Positions 1-9,880 of a stretch of DNA of 64,000 bases are shown piece by piece. The translations under genes were made by a program, and so were the position numbers. The notes under the pieces are model-generated. The model was not told where the DNA came from, did no database searches, and saw nothing but the letters and a program-made list of their open reading frames with translations. The first letter of the stretch is position 1. Each line of letters opens with the position of its first letter. Location: contig CAVRZM010000014.1 of assembly GCA_963725735.1 (NCBI GenBank), positions 273,668 to 337,667 on the forward strand, in the 5' to 3' direction. The stretch comes from an uncultured beta proteobacterium. Lineage in GTDB: Bacteria > Pseudomonadota > Gammaproteobacteria > Burkholderiales > Casimicrobiaceae.

Positions 1-904
1 TCGATCGCGAACTTCGCGCGCGGCTCGTCGCTCGCGAGCAGCGTGCGCATGTCGCTCGACACGCCGGACACGCCGAGCAGTCCCGACTGCTGGTAGAGCA
101 GCTTCTCGATCGCCCGCGCGTCCATGCCTGAGCTCGTCCATCAGGTAGAGCACCACGCCCGGATCGAGCGCGCCGGAGCGCGTGCCCATCGGCAGGCCGT
201 CGACCGCGGTGAAGCCCATGGTCGAGGCGACGCTCGCGGCCGGCGACGCATCGCGCACATCGACGCGCCGTTGCCGAGATGCGCGACCACCGCGCGGCCG
301 CGTGGCCGCTTGCGGCGTCGACGCGCGGGCAGCACGCTCGCGATGTATTCGTACGACAGCCCGTGGAAGCCGTAGCGGCGCACGCCGCGGTCGGTGATCG
401 ACGGCCGGCAACGCGAACGCCTGCGCGACCTCGGGCATGGCGCGATGGAACGAGGTGTCGAAGCACGCGACCTGCGGCAGGTCGGGCAGTGCGCGCGAGC
501 AGGCGCGGATCGGCGCGAGGTTGTGCGGCTGGTGCAGCGGCGCCAGCGGGATCAGCGTCTCGAGGTACGCGACCACCGCCGCGTCGACGCGCACCGGACG
601 TGTCGTAGCGCGTGCCGCCGTGCACGACGCGATGCCCGACCGCGCGCAGACCGGTAGCCGCCGAGCGCTGCCGCGCATGTGCTCGAGCAGGTAGGCCATC
701 GCGCCGTCGTGGCCGAGCGCGCGATACCAGTCGTGCTCGGCCAGCGTCGCGCCGCCGGCGTCCTTGGCGACGAAGTGCGTGTTGGTGGTGAGGCCCTCGA
801 GCTGGCCGCGCTGCAGGAGCTTCGGCGCGTCCGTCCGCGAGCTCGAACAGCGAGAACTTGAGGCTCGACGAGCCCGCGTTGAGGACGATGATCGCGTCGG
901 CCAT
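1..904 (-). CDS. ackA: Acetate/propionate kinase (3' end outside window, frameshifted)
   Basis: N-terminus [18 protein letters not shown]; fragments [39 protein letters not shown]. Confidence 0.9.
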   Translation of the reverse strand, partial: MADAIIVLNAGSSSLKFSLFELADGRAEAPAARPARGPHHQHALRRQGRRRRDAGRARLVSRARPRRRDGLPARAHARQRSAATGLRAVGHRVVHGGTRYDTSGARRRGGGRVPRDADPAGAAAPAAQPRADPRLLARTARPAAGRVLRHLVPSRHARGRAGVRVAGRRSPTAACAATASTGCRTNTSRACCPRVDAASGHAAARWSRISATARRCARCVAGRERRLDHGLHRGRRPADGHALRRARSGRGALPDGRAQAWTRGRSRSCSTSSRDCSACPACRATCARCSRATSRARSSRS

Positions 905-920
905 CGCGGCACCTGCCCGG

Positions 921-2323
921 TCAGGCCTTGGGCAGCAGCTTGCGCCCGGCGATCGTGCGCGACCAGCATCATCACCGCCGCCGACGCGAGCCGCGTGCGC
1001 ACGTTGTCCGCGCGCGAGGTGAGCACGATCGGCACGCGCGTGCCGAGCACGATGCCCGCGCCGTCGGCGCCCGCGAGGTACGTGAGCTGCTTGGCGAGCA
1101 TGTTGCCGGACTCGAGGTCCGGCACGAGCAGGATGTCCGCCTGCCCGGCCACCGGCGAGACGATGTGCTTGGTCTTGCGCGGCCTCGAGCGAGATCGCGT
1201 TGTCGAACGCGAGCGGCCCGTCGAGCAGCGCCGCCGGTGATCTGGCCGCGATCGGCCATCTTGCACAGCGCCGCCGCGTGCAGCGTCGACTCGATCTTCG
1301 AGTTGATCGTCTCGACCGCGGACAGGATCGCGACCTTCGGCATCGGCGACGCCGAGGATGTGCGCGAGGTCGATCGCGTTGCGGCAGATGTCGGCCTTGC
1401 AGTCGAGGTCGGGCGCGATGTTGATCGCCGCGTCGGTGATCAGCAGCACGCGCGGATACGCCGGCACGTCCATCACGAAGACGTGGCTGATGCGCCGCGC
1501 GGTGCGCAGGCCGGTCGCCGACGGCACCACCGCCGCCATCAGCTCGTCGGTGTGCAGGCTGCCCTTCATGAGCGCCTCCACCTCGCCCGCGCGCGCCATC
1601 GCCACCGCCGCTTCCGCCGCCGCGTGGCTGTGCTCGGTGGACACGATGCGGTAGTCCGCGAGCGACACGCCGGCCTCGGCGGCCGTCGAGCGGATCTTGG
1701 CCTCCGGCCCGACCAGCACCGGCACGATCAGCTTGCGCTTGGCCGCCTCGAGCGCACCCAGCAGCGAATCGCGATCGCAGGGATGCACGATCGCGCACAG
1801 CACCGGCGTCGAGCGTCTCGCACTTCTTCAGCAGGCGCGCGATGCCGTCGTTGCGGCGCAGGATCACGGCCGGCGTCGCGATGTCGCTGTACGCGATGCG
1901 CTTCGCCGGCGCGGCGACCGTGGCGATGCCCTCGACGAGGATCGCCGCCGCTTTCGTGCACGACCTTGCACTCGAAGTCGATATGGCCGCGCTGCGGGTC
2001 CTTGGCGCGCGCCGTCACCGAGGCCGTGACGGTGTCGCCCGGATGCATGCGTCCGCGGTACGCGAAGTGCGTGCCGACGATGGCGCTGCCGGGACCCGGC
2101 AGGCGGCGGTTGAGCAGCCCGCGAAATGAGCGCGATCGCCGCGGCGCCCGGCGCGGACGGGCCGCCGTTCGGGTGCAGTGCCGGCAAGGTCGAGATGAAA
2201 CGATTCGACGTCGCCGGTGACGAGGGACAGGCCCTCCACCTCGGTCGCGGTCAGTTGATGCGTGATCGACTCGCTTGCTCCGATGTCGATCTCGTCGAAG
2301 GTGCGGTTGCTGAACTGGTCCAT
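921..2323 (-). CDS. Bifunctional MaoC-type enoyl-CoA hydratase / phosphate acyltransferase (frameshifted)
   Basis: N-terminal NRTFDEIDIG...GDTVTASVT hot-dog domain; C-terminal PKVAILSAVETINSKI, LAFDNAIS, DLESGNMLAKQL motifs of the Pta/Ptb family. Confidence 0.85.
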
Positions 2324-2339
2324 GACCAACCCCAAAGGA

Positions 2340-4655
2340 TCATCCGCGCGCGGCACGTCGCCCCGCCGTCTTGCGCTTGCCCGCGCGGGCCGGCGCTCGC
2401 GCCGCCGTCACGGGCAGCATGCCACGCAGTTCCGCGGCGAGCATGCGCTGGCGGTCTTCCAGATGCGGATTCGATTCCGCTGCCTCGAGCAGCGCCTGCG
2501 CGCGCCGGCGGTCCGCGGCGCTGCGCAGGAGGCGCGGCAGCGAGCGCTTCGCGCGGTCGGGCTCGAATTCCACCACGATGGTCTCTTCCTGCAGCAGGCG
2601 CCGGCGCTCGTCCTCCGACAGGTGCGCGATCTCGCCCTCGGGCGACAGGATCTCGCGCGTGGTCTGCAGCTGCGACAGGCGGCGATGCCCGCTGCCCGCC
2701 TTGCTGATCAGCATCGCGATGCGCGCGAGGCCCTCGATCGCGCTGCCCTGCTCGAGCGTGTCGAGCACCTCGCGCACCGCCGGGATCGAGCGCGGGTCGA
2801 ACTTGCGCATCTTCCGGATTTCCTCGCGCTCGTCGGCCATCTGCAGCGACAGCAGGTTGCCGTACACCTCGAAGAACGCCGCTTCCGCCGACGCGTCGCG
2901 CAGGTCGCGGTAGAGGTCGAGATGGGCGGTGATGAACGCGGAGAGGAGTCCCTCGGTGCGCAGGTGATCGTTGTCGTCGGCACGCGGGCGGCGGTTGGCC
3001 TTTGCCATCGCCGCCATCGAGGCGAGCGGCCACAGCAGCGGATTCTTGTCGGACAGCGCCCAGTACTGCACGCGCAGCGGATGGAAGTCGCGCAGCGCCT
3101 TGGCGAACCATTCGGGCGTCATCTCGCGCACGAACGGGCGGACGAGCAGCGAGTACGCGCGCTCGGACAGCTCCGAGAGCGCCGCCACCGCCTGGAACGG
3201 CTTCTCGTCGACGCGGTCGTTCTTGCCGAGCGTGCGCAGATCCTCGACCTTGCGCTCCTTGAGCGTCACGTCGTAGGTGACCTCGCCATCCTTGCCGTGA
3301 TGCTCCTCGATGTGCATGCCGTAGAGTCCGGGCGGGAGCTGCTGGATGTACTTCAGCACCTCGACGATCTGCGCGTGCTCCTTCTTCGCCACCTGGCCCG
3401 AGACGAAGATCCCGAGGTGGCCGATGTCGTCGTGCAGGAGGCCGATGATCGTCTGGCCGTTGGCCTTGATCTCCTCGGTCGACGAGTATACGTCCGCGAT
3501 CCAGTTGAACGCCTGCTGCGGCGGGGTGATGTTGTCGCCCATCGACGCGAACACGATGATCGGCTGCTTGATCGCCTTGAGGTCGAAGTAGCGGCCCGGA
3601 CCGAGGCGCGCCTCGCCGGACGAGAGCTTGTTGCCGACGAAGAGGTTGTTCACGATCCAGCGGATCTCCTCCTCGTTGAAGAGATAGAAGCCGCCCCACC
3701 AGCGTTCGAACTCGAGGAAGCGCTCGGGTTCGGTGTCGATGTTCGCGTACAGGTGGTACCACTTCTCCCACAGCGTGTTGGCGGGATTGAGCGCCTCGAA
3801 GTTCGACACGAGGTGCGCGCCGTCGAACTTGCCGGCGCCCAGGTCGGCCGCGAACAGCGACAGCCATGCGCCGCCCGCGAGGCCGCCCATGTAGCGCATC
3901 GGCGAGTCGCCGTCGTTGCCCGACCAGTAGGACATCGGCGCGCCGTTGATGACCAGCGGTCCGGCGATGTCGGGACGCGCGGCGGCCAGCATCATCACCG
4001 CCCAGCCGCCCTGGCAATTGCCGACGATGATCGGCTTCTGGCTCTGCGGATGCCGCTCGGCGACGATGCGGATGAACTCCGCCTCCGCGTCGGTGATGTC
4101 GGCCAGTGTCTGCCCGGGACACGGCTCGGGGAAGAAGATCACGAAGTACACCGGGTGGCCGGCGGACAGCGCGACGCCGACCTCGGAGTCCTCCTTGAAG
4201 CCGCCGATCCCGGGGCCATGGCCTGCGCGCGGATCGACGATCACGAACGGCCGCTTGGCGTCATCGACGGTGACATGGCGCGGCGGAACGATGCGCACCA
4301 AGGCGTAATTGGCGGGACGCTCGTAGGTGCGCGCGTCCTCGATCATCTCGTAGCGGTACTTGAGGACCGGCGGCTTGCCCGCGGCCTCGTGCTCCAGCCA
4401 CTGGTTGCCGCGCTGGCGCAGGGTGTCCCAGTAAAGCACCGAGCGCTGGGCCGAGTCGACGGTGTATTCCGCCCACTGCCGCCACATCTCGTACGGCGTC
4501 TTGAGGGGACCGCCGCCCGCGGCCTGTCGCGCGAGCGCGCCACGCACCTGCCCCGAATACCGTTCGCCGGCGGCGCGGGTGCGCCGCACGAGGAGGTCGG
4601 CGACCGATCGTGAAATCCGGATGGAACGGTCGAGCGTGCGGTTGAGGTCGGCCAT
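2340..4655 (-). CDS. DUF3141-family alpha/beta hydrolase (PHA synthase-like)
   Basis: Intact ORF; DPRAGHGPGIGGFK, GNCQGGW, GDNITPPQQA, GHLGIFVSG motifs. Confidence 0.85.
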   Translation of the reverse strand: MADLNRTLDRSIRISRSVADLLVRRTRAAGERYSGQVRGALARQAAGGGPLKTPYEMWRQWAEYTVDSAQRSVLYWDTLRQRGNQWLEHEAAGKPPVLKYRYEMIEDARTYERPANYALVRIVPPRHVTVDDAKRPFVIVDPRAGHGPGIGGFKEDSEVGVALSAGHPVYFVIFFPEPCPGQTLADITDAEAEFIRIVAERHPQSQKPIIVGNCQGGWAVMMLAAARPDIAGPLVINGAPMSYWSGNDGDSPMRYMGGLAGGAWLSLFAADLGAGKFDGAHLVSNFEALNPANTLWEKWYHLYANIDTEPERFLEFERWWGGFYLFNEEEIRWIVNNLFVGNKLSSGEARLGPGRYFDLKAIKQPIIVFASMGDNITPPQQAFNWIADVYSSTEEIKANGQTIIGLLHDDIGHLGIFVSGQVAKKEHAQIVEVLKYIQQLPPGLYGMHIEEHHGKDGEVTYDVTLKERKVEDLRTLGKNDRVDEKPFQAVAALSELSERAYSLLVRPFVREMTPEWFAKALRDFHPLRVQYWALSDKNPLLWPLASMAAMAKANRRPRADDNDHLRTEGLLSAFITAHLDLYRDLRDASAEAAFFEVYGNLLSLQMADEREEIRKMRKFDPRSIPAVREVLDTLEQGSAIEGLARIAMLISKAGSGHRRLSQLQTTREILSPEGEIAHLSEDERRRLLQEETIVVEFEPDRAKRSLPRLLRSAADRRRAQALLEAAESNPHLEDRQRMLAAELRGMLPVTAARAPARAGKRKTAGRRAARG

Positions 4656-4675
4656 TGGCGCTCTGGAGACGGGAT

Positions 4676-4732
4676 TGTTGCGATGCAACATTCTAGCATC
4701 GCGACGCTTCCGGGCGCATTGCGACGCATCAA
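4676..4732. promoter_or_regulatory. Two TGC-N3-GCA palindromes (PhaR-type box candidates); the second overlaps an FNR-like TTGCG-N4-ATCAA
   Basis: TGTTGCGATGCAACA at 4676-4690 and TTGCGACGCATCAA at 4719-4732, upstream of the DUF3141 gene. Confidence 0.45.
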
Positions 4733-4911
4733 CGCGCGCCGGGATGCCAGCCTTCGTTTACCGCCAGGTGGCTTAAGGACTATCCTCCGGAAAGATGGGG
4801 AATAATGTCTTGTGCGGGGTACTTTGGCGATTTTTTCCAGGATTGGCCCTTTTCGGCGTTATGCCACCGGATCGGCGGGGCTAGCCGCCGGGCCGCTCGT
4901 TCGCCGAAAGC

Positions 4912-6345
4912 CTGTCCGCCTGCGCGTCGCCGCGGCTTGCACCGCAGTCGCTCCCCAGCGCCGAGATCCTGCGTCCTTCGACGGCGATCACGCTGTCCTT
5001 CACCCTGATTGCCGTTCTGGGCCTGCTCGGCTACGGCACGAGCTTCGAGCTTTCCCTGGCGGTGCTCTACGCGCTGCCGGTCGCGCTCGCGACGTGGTCG
5101 GCGGGTCGCGCCGGCGGCCTCTTCGCCACCGCGCTGGCCGCGGCGACCTGGGCGATCGGCTTCTTCGCCCGCCACAACGATTCGTACCCGGGCCATTTCG
5201 TCTGGGACTGGGTGGCGCTGTGCGCGACGCTGGTCGTCTTCGTCGAGCTGCTGGCGAGGCTCCGCGCAGCCCTCGTGCGGTCGGACCAGCGCTTGCTGCG
5301 GGTACTCGACGGCCTGGCCGACGCCTTGTATGTGACGGACGAGGAGGGCCGCGTCCTTTACGCCAACCGGCGGTTCCGGACGTTGCTGGGACGCGGTCCC
5401 GCGCATGGGTCGGAAAGCGACATCGCCGCCCGATTTGTGTGCGCAACACCACAAAAGCGCCCCGCTACGGCTGATTGTGGCGCAAACTGTATCGAAACAC
5501 GCGACGTCGCCGATGGCAAACGTTATGCGTTGCAGACAACAGCGATTCCCTGGGTCGATCTTTCGCGAGTGCATTTGCACGTGCTCACCGACATCACCGC
5601 ACAGACCGTCGCGCAGGCGCTGCAGGAGGAGCGCCGCGCGGCAATTCGTCACACCTCCCGCCTCACCGACCTGACGGAGACCGCGAGCATCCTCGCGCAC
5701 GAGCTGAACCAGCCGCTGGTAGCGCTGGTCGGCTACAACGCCGCCTGCATCCGGATGCTCGAGTCGCCGCAGCTCGATCGTGACGCGCTCACCGCCGCAC
5801 TCGAGAAATGCCGCGCGCAGGCGGTGCGCGCCGGCGAGATCCTGCATCGCATGCGCGAGCTCGCACGCCGCCGCGCGCCGCAACTCGCACCGTGCGACGT
5901 CAATGCGATCGTGCGCCAGCAGCTCGCGGCATCCGAGCAGGACCTCGCGCGCGCCGACGTGGAGGTCGATCTCGAGCTTGCCGAGAACTTGCCCATGGTC
6001 GAGGGCGACAGCGTGCTGGTCGCGCAGGTGCTGCGCAATCTCATCGACAACGCGTTGGATGCGATGTGGCAATGCCCGCGAGGCGCGCGGCGCCTGCACA
6101 TTGCGACGCACCGGATGCCCGAGCGCGGCGCGCGCGTCACCGTCGGCGATTGCGGCCATGGCATCACGCCGGAGGTCGCCGGAAGGATGTACCACCCGTT
6201 CTTCACCACCCGCAGCACAGGATTGGGGCTCGGCCTTGCGATATGCCGGTCGGTCGCCGAGGCCCATGGCGGACGGCTGTGGCACGAACCGCGTCCCGAC
6301 GGCGGCACTGCCTTTCATTTCACCTTGCCTTCCGATTGCTCATGA
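4912..6345 (+). CDS. Membrane-anchored PAS sensor histidine kinase (FixL-like); start uncertain
   Basis: TM segments, PAS-like region, H-box AHELNQPL, N-box LRNLIDNA, G-boxes DCGHGI and GLGLGLAIC; frame is open upstream of 5062 back to a TAG at 4882. Confidence 0.85.
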   Translation: MSACASPRLAPQSLPSAEILRPSTAITLSFTLIAVLGLLGYGTSFELSLAVLYALPVALATWSAGRAGGLFATALAAATWAIGFFARHNDSYPGHFVWDWVALCATLVVFVELLARLRAALVRSDQRLLRVLDGLADALYVTDEEGRVLYANRRFRTLLGRGPAHGSESDIAARFVCATPQKRPATADCGANCIETRDVADGKRYALQTTAIPWVDLSRVHLHVLTDITAQTVAQALQEERRAAIRHTSRLTDLTETASILAHELNQPLVALVGYNAACIRMLESPQLDRDALTAALEKCRAQAVRAGEILHRMRELARRRAPQLAPCDVNAIVRQQLAASEQDLARADVEVDLELAENLPMVEGDSVLVAQVLRNLIDNALDAMWQCPRGARRLHIATHRMPERGARVTVGDCGHGITPEVAGRMYHPFFTTRSTGLGLGLAICRSVAEAHGGRLWHEPRPDGGTAFHFTLPSDCS

Positions 6346-6953
6346 GCGAACCGGCCAATTCCACGATCTACATCGTCGACGACGACGAAGCCGTCTGCGA
6401 TGCCCTGGCAACGATGCTGCGCGCCGCGGGGCGCAGCGTCGAGACCTTCCTGTCGGCCGAAGCCTTCGTCGAGCAGCGCGGCAATGCCACGGACGGCTGC
6501 CTCGTGCTCGACCTGCGCATGCCCGGCATGTCCGGCCTCGAGCTGCAGGACCTCCTGGCGCAGCGCCAGAACAACATCCCGATCCTGTTCCTCACCGGGC
6601 ACGGCGAGGTGCCGCTCGCGGTGCGCGCGATGAAGGGCGGCGCCGCCGATTTCCTGGAGAAGCCGGTCGACGACAGGCAGCTTCTGGCCGCCATCGACGG
6701 CGCGCTCGCCCGCGGCGGGCGCCCGCCGCTGCCGGCCATCGTCAACACGTTGACGCGGCGCGAGCGCGAGGTGCTCGATCTCATTCTCTCCGGCCAGCAG
6801 ACGCGGGCGATTGCGCAGGCGCTCTTCATCAGCGTGAAGACGGTCGAGTTCCACCGGAGCCGCATCCACGTGAAGCTCAAGGTGTCGTCGATGGCGGAGC
6901 TGTTCATGCTCTGCCTCGGCAATGCGCGCCCGTCGGCGGGTCCGGCCAGCTGA
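6342..6953 (+). CDS. FixJ/LuxR-family response regulator
   Basis: IYIVDDD, LDLRMPGMSG, FLEKP, LTRREREV...ISVKTVEFHR; ATGA overlap with the kinase stop. Confidence 0.92.
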   Translation: MSEPANSTIYIVDDDEAVCDALATMLRAAGRSVETFLSAEAFVEQRGNATDGCLVLDLRMPGMSGLELQDLLAQRQNNIPILFLTGHGEVPLAVRAMKGGAADFLEKPVDDRQLLAAIDGALARGGRPPLPAIVNTLTRREREVLDLILSGQQTRAIAQALFISVKTVEFHRSRIHVKLKVSSMAELFMLCLGNARPSAGPAS

Positions 6954-7315
6954 TCCGGCGCTTGCACCAAAAACAAAACTAGGGTAAACCCCAATAGGCG
7001 GGCTGTGACGGCCGTCGTTACGATCCGCGGATTCAATGGGGGCGCTGTCGGTGACGATGGTCGGACCGATCGACGCGAATTCGCGAACGGGCGCCCGGGT
7101 ATGACGGGGCGCCGCGGAGACATTGCGTCTGCCGGCGATCATGTCCCTGCCGCGGCGACCGGCCGTCAAGATGCCGGCGACGCGGATCTCAAAACAGAAG
7201 GTATTGGGCACCGGCTGCGCCGGCGTTCCGGGACGCGGAACGCCGATTGGCCGGGGCAATAACGAGCGCGTGCGACCACGCATGCAAATAGGTGTTCATC
7301 TCTGAGGAGGACAGC

Positions 7316-8957
7316 ATGGCCACGGTGGCAACCCCCGGTTCGGCTGGGACCGAAGGCATTGGGCGCGAAGAGAAGCGGGTCATTTTCGCGTCGTCGCTCG
7401 GTACCGTCTTCGAGTGGTATGACTTCTACCTGTACGCCGTCCTGGCGCCGTTCTTCGCGGCGCTGTTCTTCCCCAAGGGCAACGAGACCGCGGCGCTGCT
7501 GTCCGCGTTCGCCGCGTATGCCGCGGGCTTCCTCGTCCGTCCGTTCGGCGCGCTGGTGTTCGGCCGCATCGGCGACCTCGTCGGCCGCAAGTACACCTTC
7601 CTCGTGACCATCCTGGTGATGGGCTTCTCCACCTTTGCGGTGGGCCTGCTGCCGACGTACGCCTCGATCGGTTGGGCGGCGCCCTTCCTGATGGTGGCGC
7701 TGCGGCTGCTGCAGGGCCTGGCGCTCGGCGGTGAGTACGGAGGTGCGGCCACCTACGTCGCGGAGCACGCGAAGCCCGGACGCCGTGGCTACGACACGGC
7801 CTGGATCCAGACCACGGCCACGCTGGGCCTCTTCCTCGCGCTCGCGATCATCGGCATCTGCCGGTTCGGCGGCGTGATGACCACGGAGCAGTTCGCCGAC
7901 TGGGGCTGGCGGATCCCGTTCCTCTTCTCGGTGATCCTGCTCATCTTCTCGGTGTACATCCGGCTCAAGCTCAACGAGTCGCCGGTGTTCCAGCGGATGA
8001 AGGCCGAAGGCAAGGGCTCGCAAGGCCCCGCTGACGGAGAGCTTCCTGCGCTACCCGAACAACAAGTACGTGCTGCTCGCCCTGCTCGGCGCCACCGCGG
8101 GCCAGGGCGTCGTGTGGTACACGGGACAGTTCTACGCGCTGTTCTTCCTGACGATCACGCTCAAGGTCGATGGCGTCACCGCCTACACCATGATCGCGAT
8201 CGCGCTCCTGCTGGGGACGCCGTTCTTCATCTTCTTCGGGTGGCTCTCGGACAAGATCGGCCGGCTCAAGATCATCCTCGCGGGATGCATCATCGCGGCG
8301 GTCACGTTCTTCCCGCTCTTCCAGGCGCTCACGCACTACGTGAATCCCGCGCTGGAAGCGTTCCAGGCCAAGACGCCGATCACGGTCACGGCCGATCCGG
8401 CGCAGTGCAACTTCCACATCTTCGTCGGCCCCTGGTCGAAATTCACCGATTGCGACAAGACCAAGGACGCCCTGACCAAGTTCGGCCTGTCGTTCCAGAC
8501 GATCGATGGCCCCCCCGGGTCGCCGGTGGTCGCGAAGATCGGCGGCACGGAAATCCAGGGCTTCGACGAGGCCAAGATGAAGGCCGCGCTCACCGCGCAG
8601 GGCTACCCCGCGTCGGCGGACAAGAGCAAGATCAACTGGGGCATGGCGCTGCTGATCCTGTTCATCATGCTGATCTACGTGACGATGGTGTATGGGCCGA
8701 TCGCGGCGTTCCTGGTCGAGATGTTCCCGACCAAGATCCGCTACACGTCGATGTCCCTGCCGTATCACATCGGCAACGGCTGGTTCGGCGGCATGCTGCC
8801 GCTCGTTGCGACCGCGCTGGTGGCGGCCAAGGGCGACATCTACTTCGGCCTCTGGTATCCGATCGTGGTCGCGGTCATGACGTTCGTGATCGGCCTTCTG
8901 TTCCTGCGCGACCGCAAGAACGTCGACCTGCACGCGGACGAGTCCGCCTACCGTTGA
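7316..8957 (+). CDS. MFS transporter, metabolite:H+ symporter (MHS) family; one frameshift near 8020
   Basis: SSLGTVFEWYDFYLY, GRIGDLVGRK, LQGLALGGEYGGA, EMFPTKIRYT; RBS GAGGAGG. Confidence 0.92.
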
Positions 8958-8980
8958 TCCCCTGATTCGCCTCGAACCGA

Positions 8981-9015
8981 GCGCGGGCGCGCCGCAAGGC
9001 CGCCCGCGCTTTTTC
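8981..9015 (+). terminator. Rho-independent terminator
   Basis: GCGCGGGCG...GCAA...CGCCCGCGC hairpin followed by TTTTT. Confidence 0.75.
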
Positions 9016-9094
9016 TTGGGCGGTGCCGACGCACCTGCGCGTCCGGCGTATGCGCCCGGTATCATGGCGGGGACGTCTTAGGATTCCTTCCGCC

Positions 9095-9835
9095 GTGCGT
9101 CTCGCGCTTCTCTCCGACATTCACGCCAATCGCGAGGCGCTGGAAGCGTGCCTCGCCCACGCGCGCGCGCAGAAGGTGCAGCGCCTTGCCTACCTCGGCG
9201 ACTTCGTGGGCTACGGCGCCGACGTCGCCGCCGTGGTCGCGCGCGTCGCGGAGGACACCGCGAACGGCGCGCTCGCGGTGCGCGGCAATCACGACGACGC
9301 GCTCGAGCGCCCGGCCGGCTACTTCAATCACGAGGCGCAGGCCGCGCTGGATCATGCGCGGCGCACGCTGTCAGGCGAGCACCGGCAATTCCTGGCCGGA
9401 CTTCCGCTCATCGTGCGCGAAGGTGCGTTGTGCCTCGTGCACGCCTCGGCCGATCGTCCCGAGCGCTGGGAATACGTGGACGGCACGCGCGCGGCCGAGC
9501 GGTGCGTGGCCGCCGCCGAGACGCCGTACACGTTCTGCGGCCACGTCCACTTCCAGCGGCTCTACTTCGAGACGCGTGCAGGCCGCATGAGCGAGTTCGA
9601 GCCGCGGCCGGGGACTGCCATCCCGGTGACGAGCAGCCGGCGGTGGCTCGCCATCGTCGGCTCGGTGGGCCAGCCACGCGACGGCCGCACGGCGGCCCAG
9701 TACGCGATCTTCGACCTGCAGCGCAGCGAGATCACGTTCCACCGCGTCGCGTACGACGCGCGCGCCGCTGCCGCGCGCATCCGCGAGGCGGGGCTGCCCG
9801 AGGCGCTCGCCTACCGCGTCGAAGCAGGGATTTGA
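9095..9835 (+). CDS. Calcineurin-like metallophosphoesterase
   Basis: SDIHAN, LGDFVGYG, RGNHD, VHAS, GHVH, GSVGQPRDG motifs; GTG start. Confidence 0.9.
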   Translation: MRLALLSDIHANREALEACLAHARAQKVQRLAYLGDFVGYGADVAAVVARVAEDTANGALAVRGNHDDALERPAGYFNHEAQAALDHARRTLSGEHRQFLAGLPLIVREGALCLVHASADRPERWEYVDGTRAAERCVAAAETPYTFCGHVHFQRLYFETRAGRMSEFEPRPGTAIPVTSSRRWLAIVGSVGQPRDGRTAAQYAIFDLQRSEITFHRVAYDARAAAARIREAGLPEALAYRVEAGI

Positions 9836-9880
9836 TCGGGCGCAGGTGAGCGCCCGCGCATCGCCCGGAGAATCCCGGCC

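Noticed and set aside
2262-4613. Long antisense ORFs (783 aa here; also 30305-33070, 37286-39184, 61435-63606)
   Set aside because: Shadow frames opposite well-supported genes in high-GC DNA, with no recognisable motifs
4882-4884. TAG readthrough by pyrrolysine
   Set aside because: No pyl genes in view, single instance in a non-catalytic region, error-prone sequence
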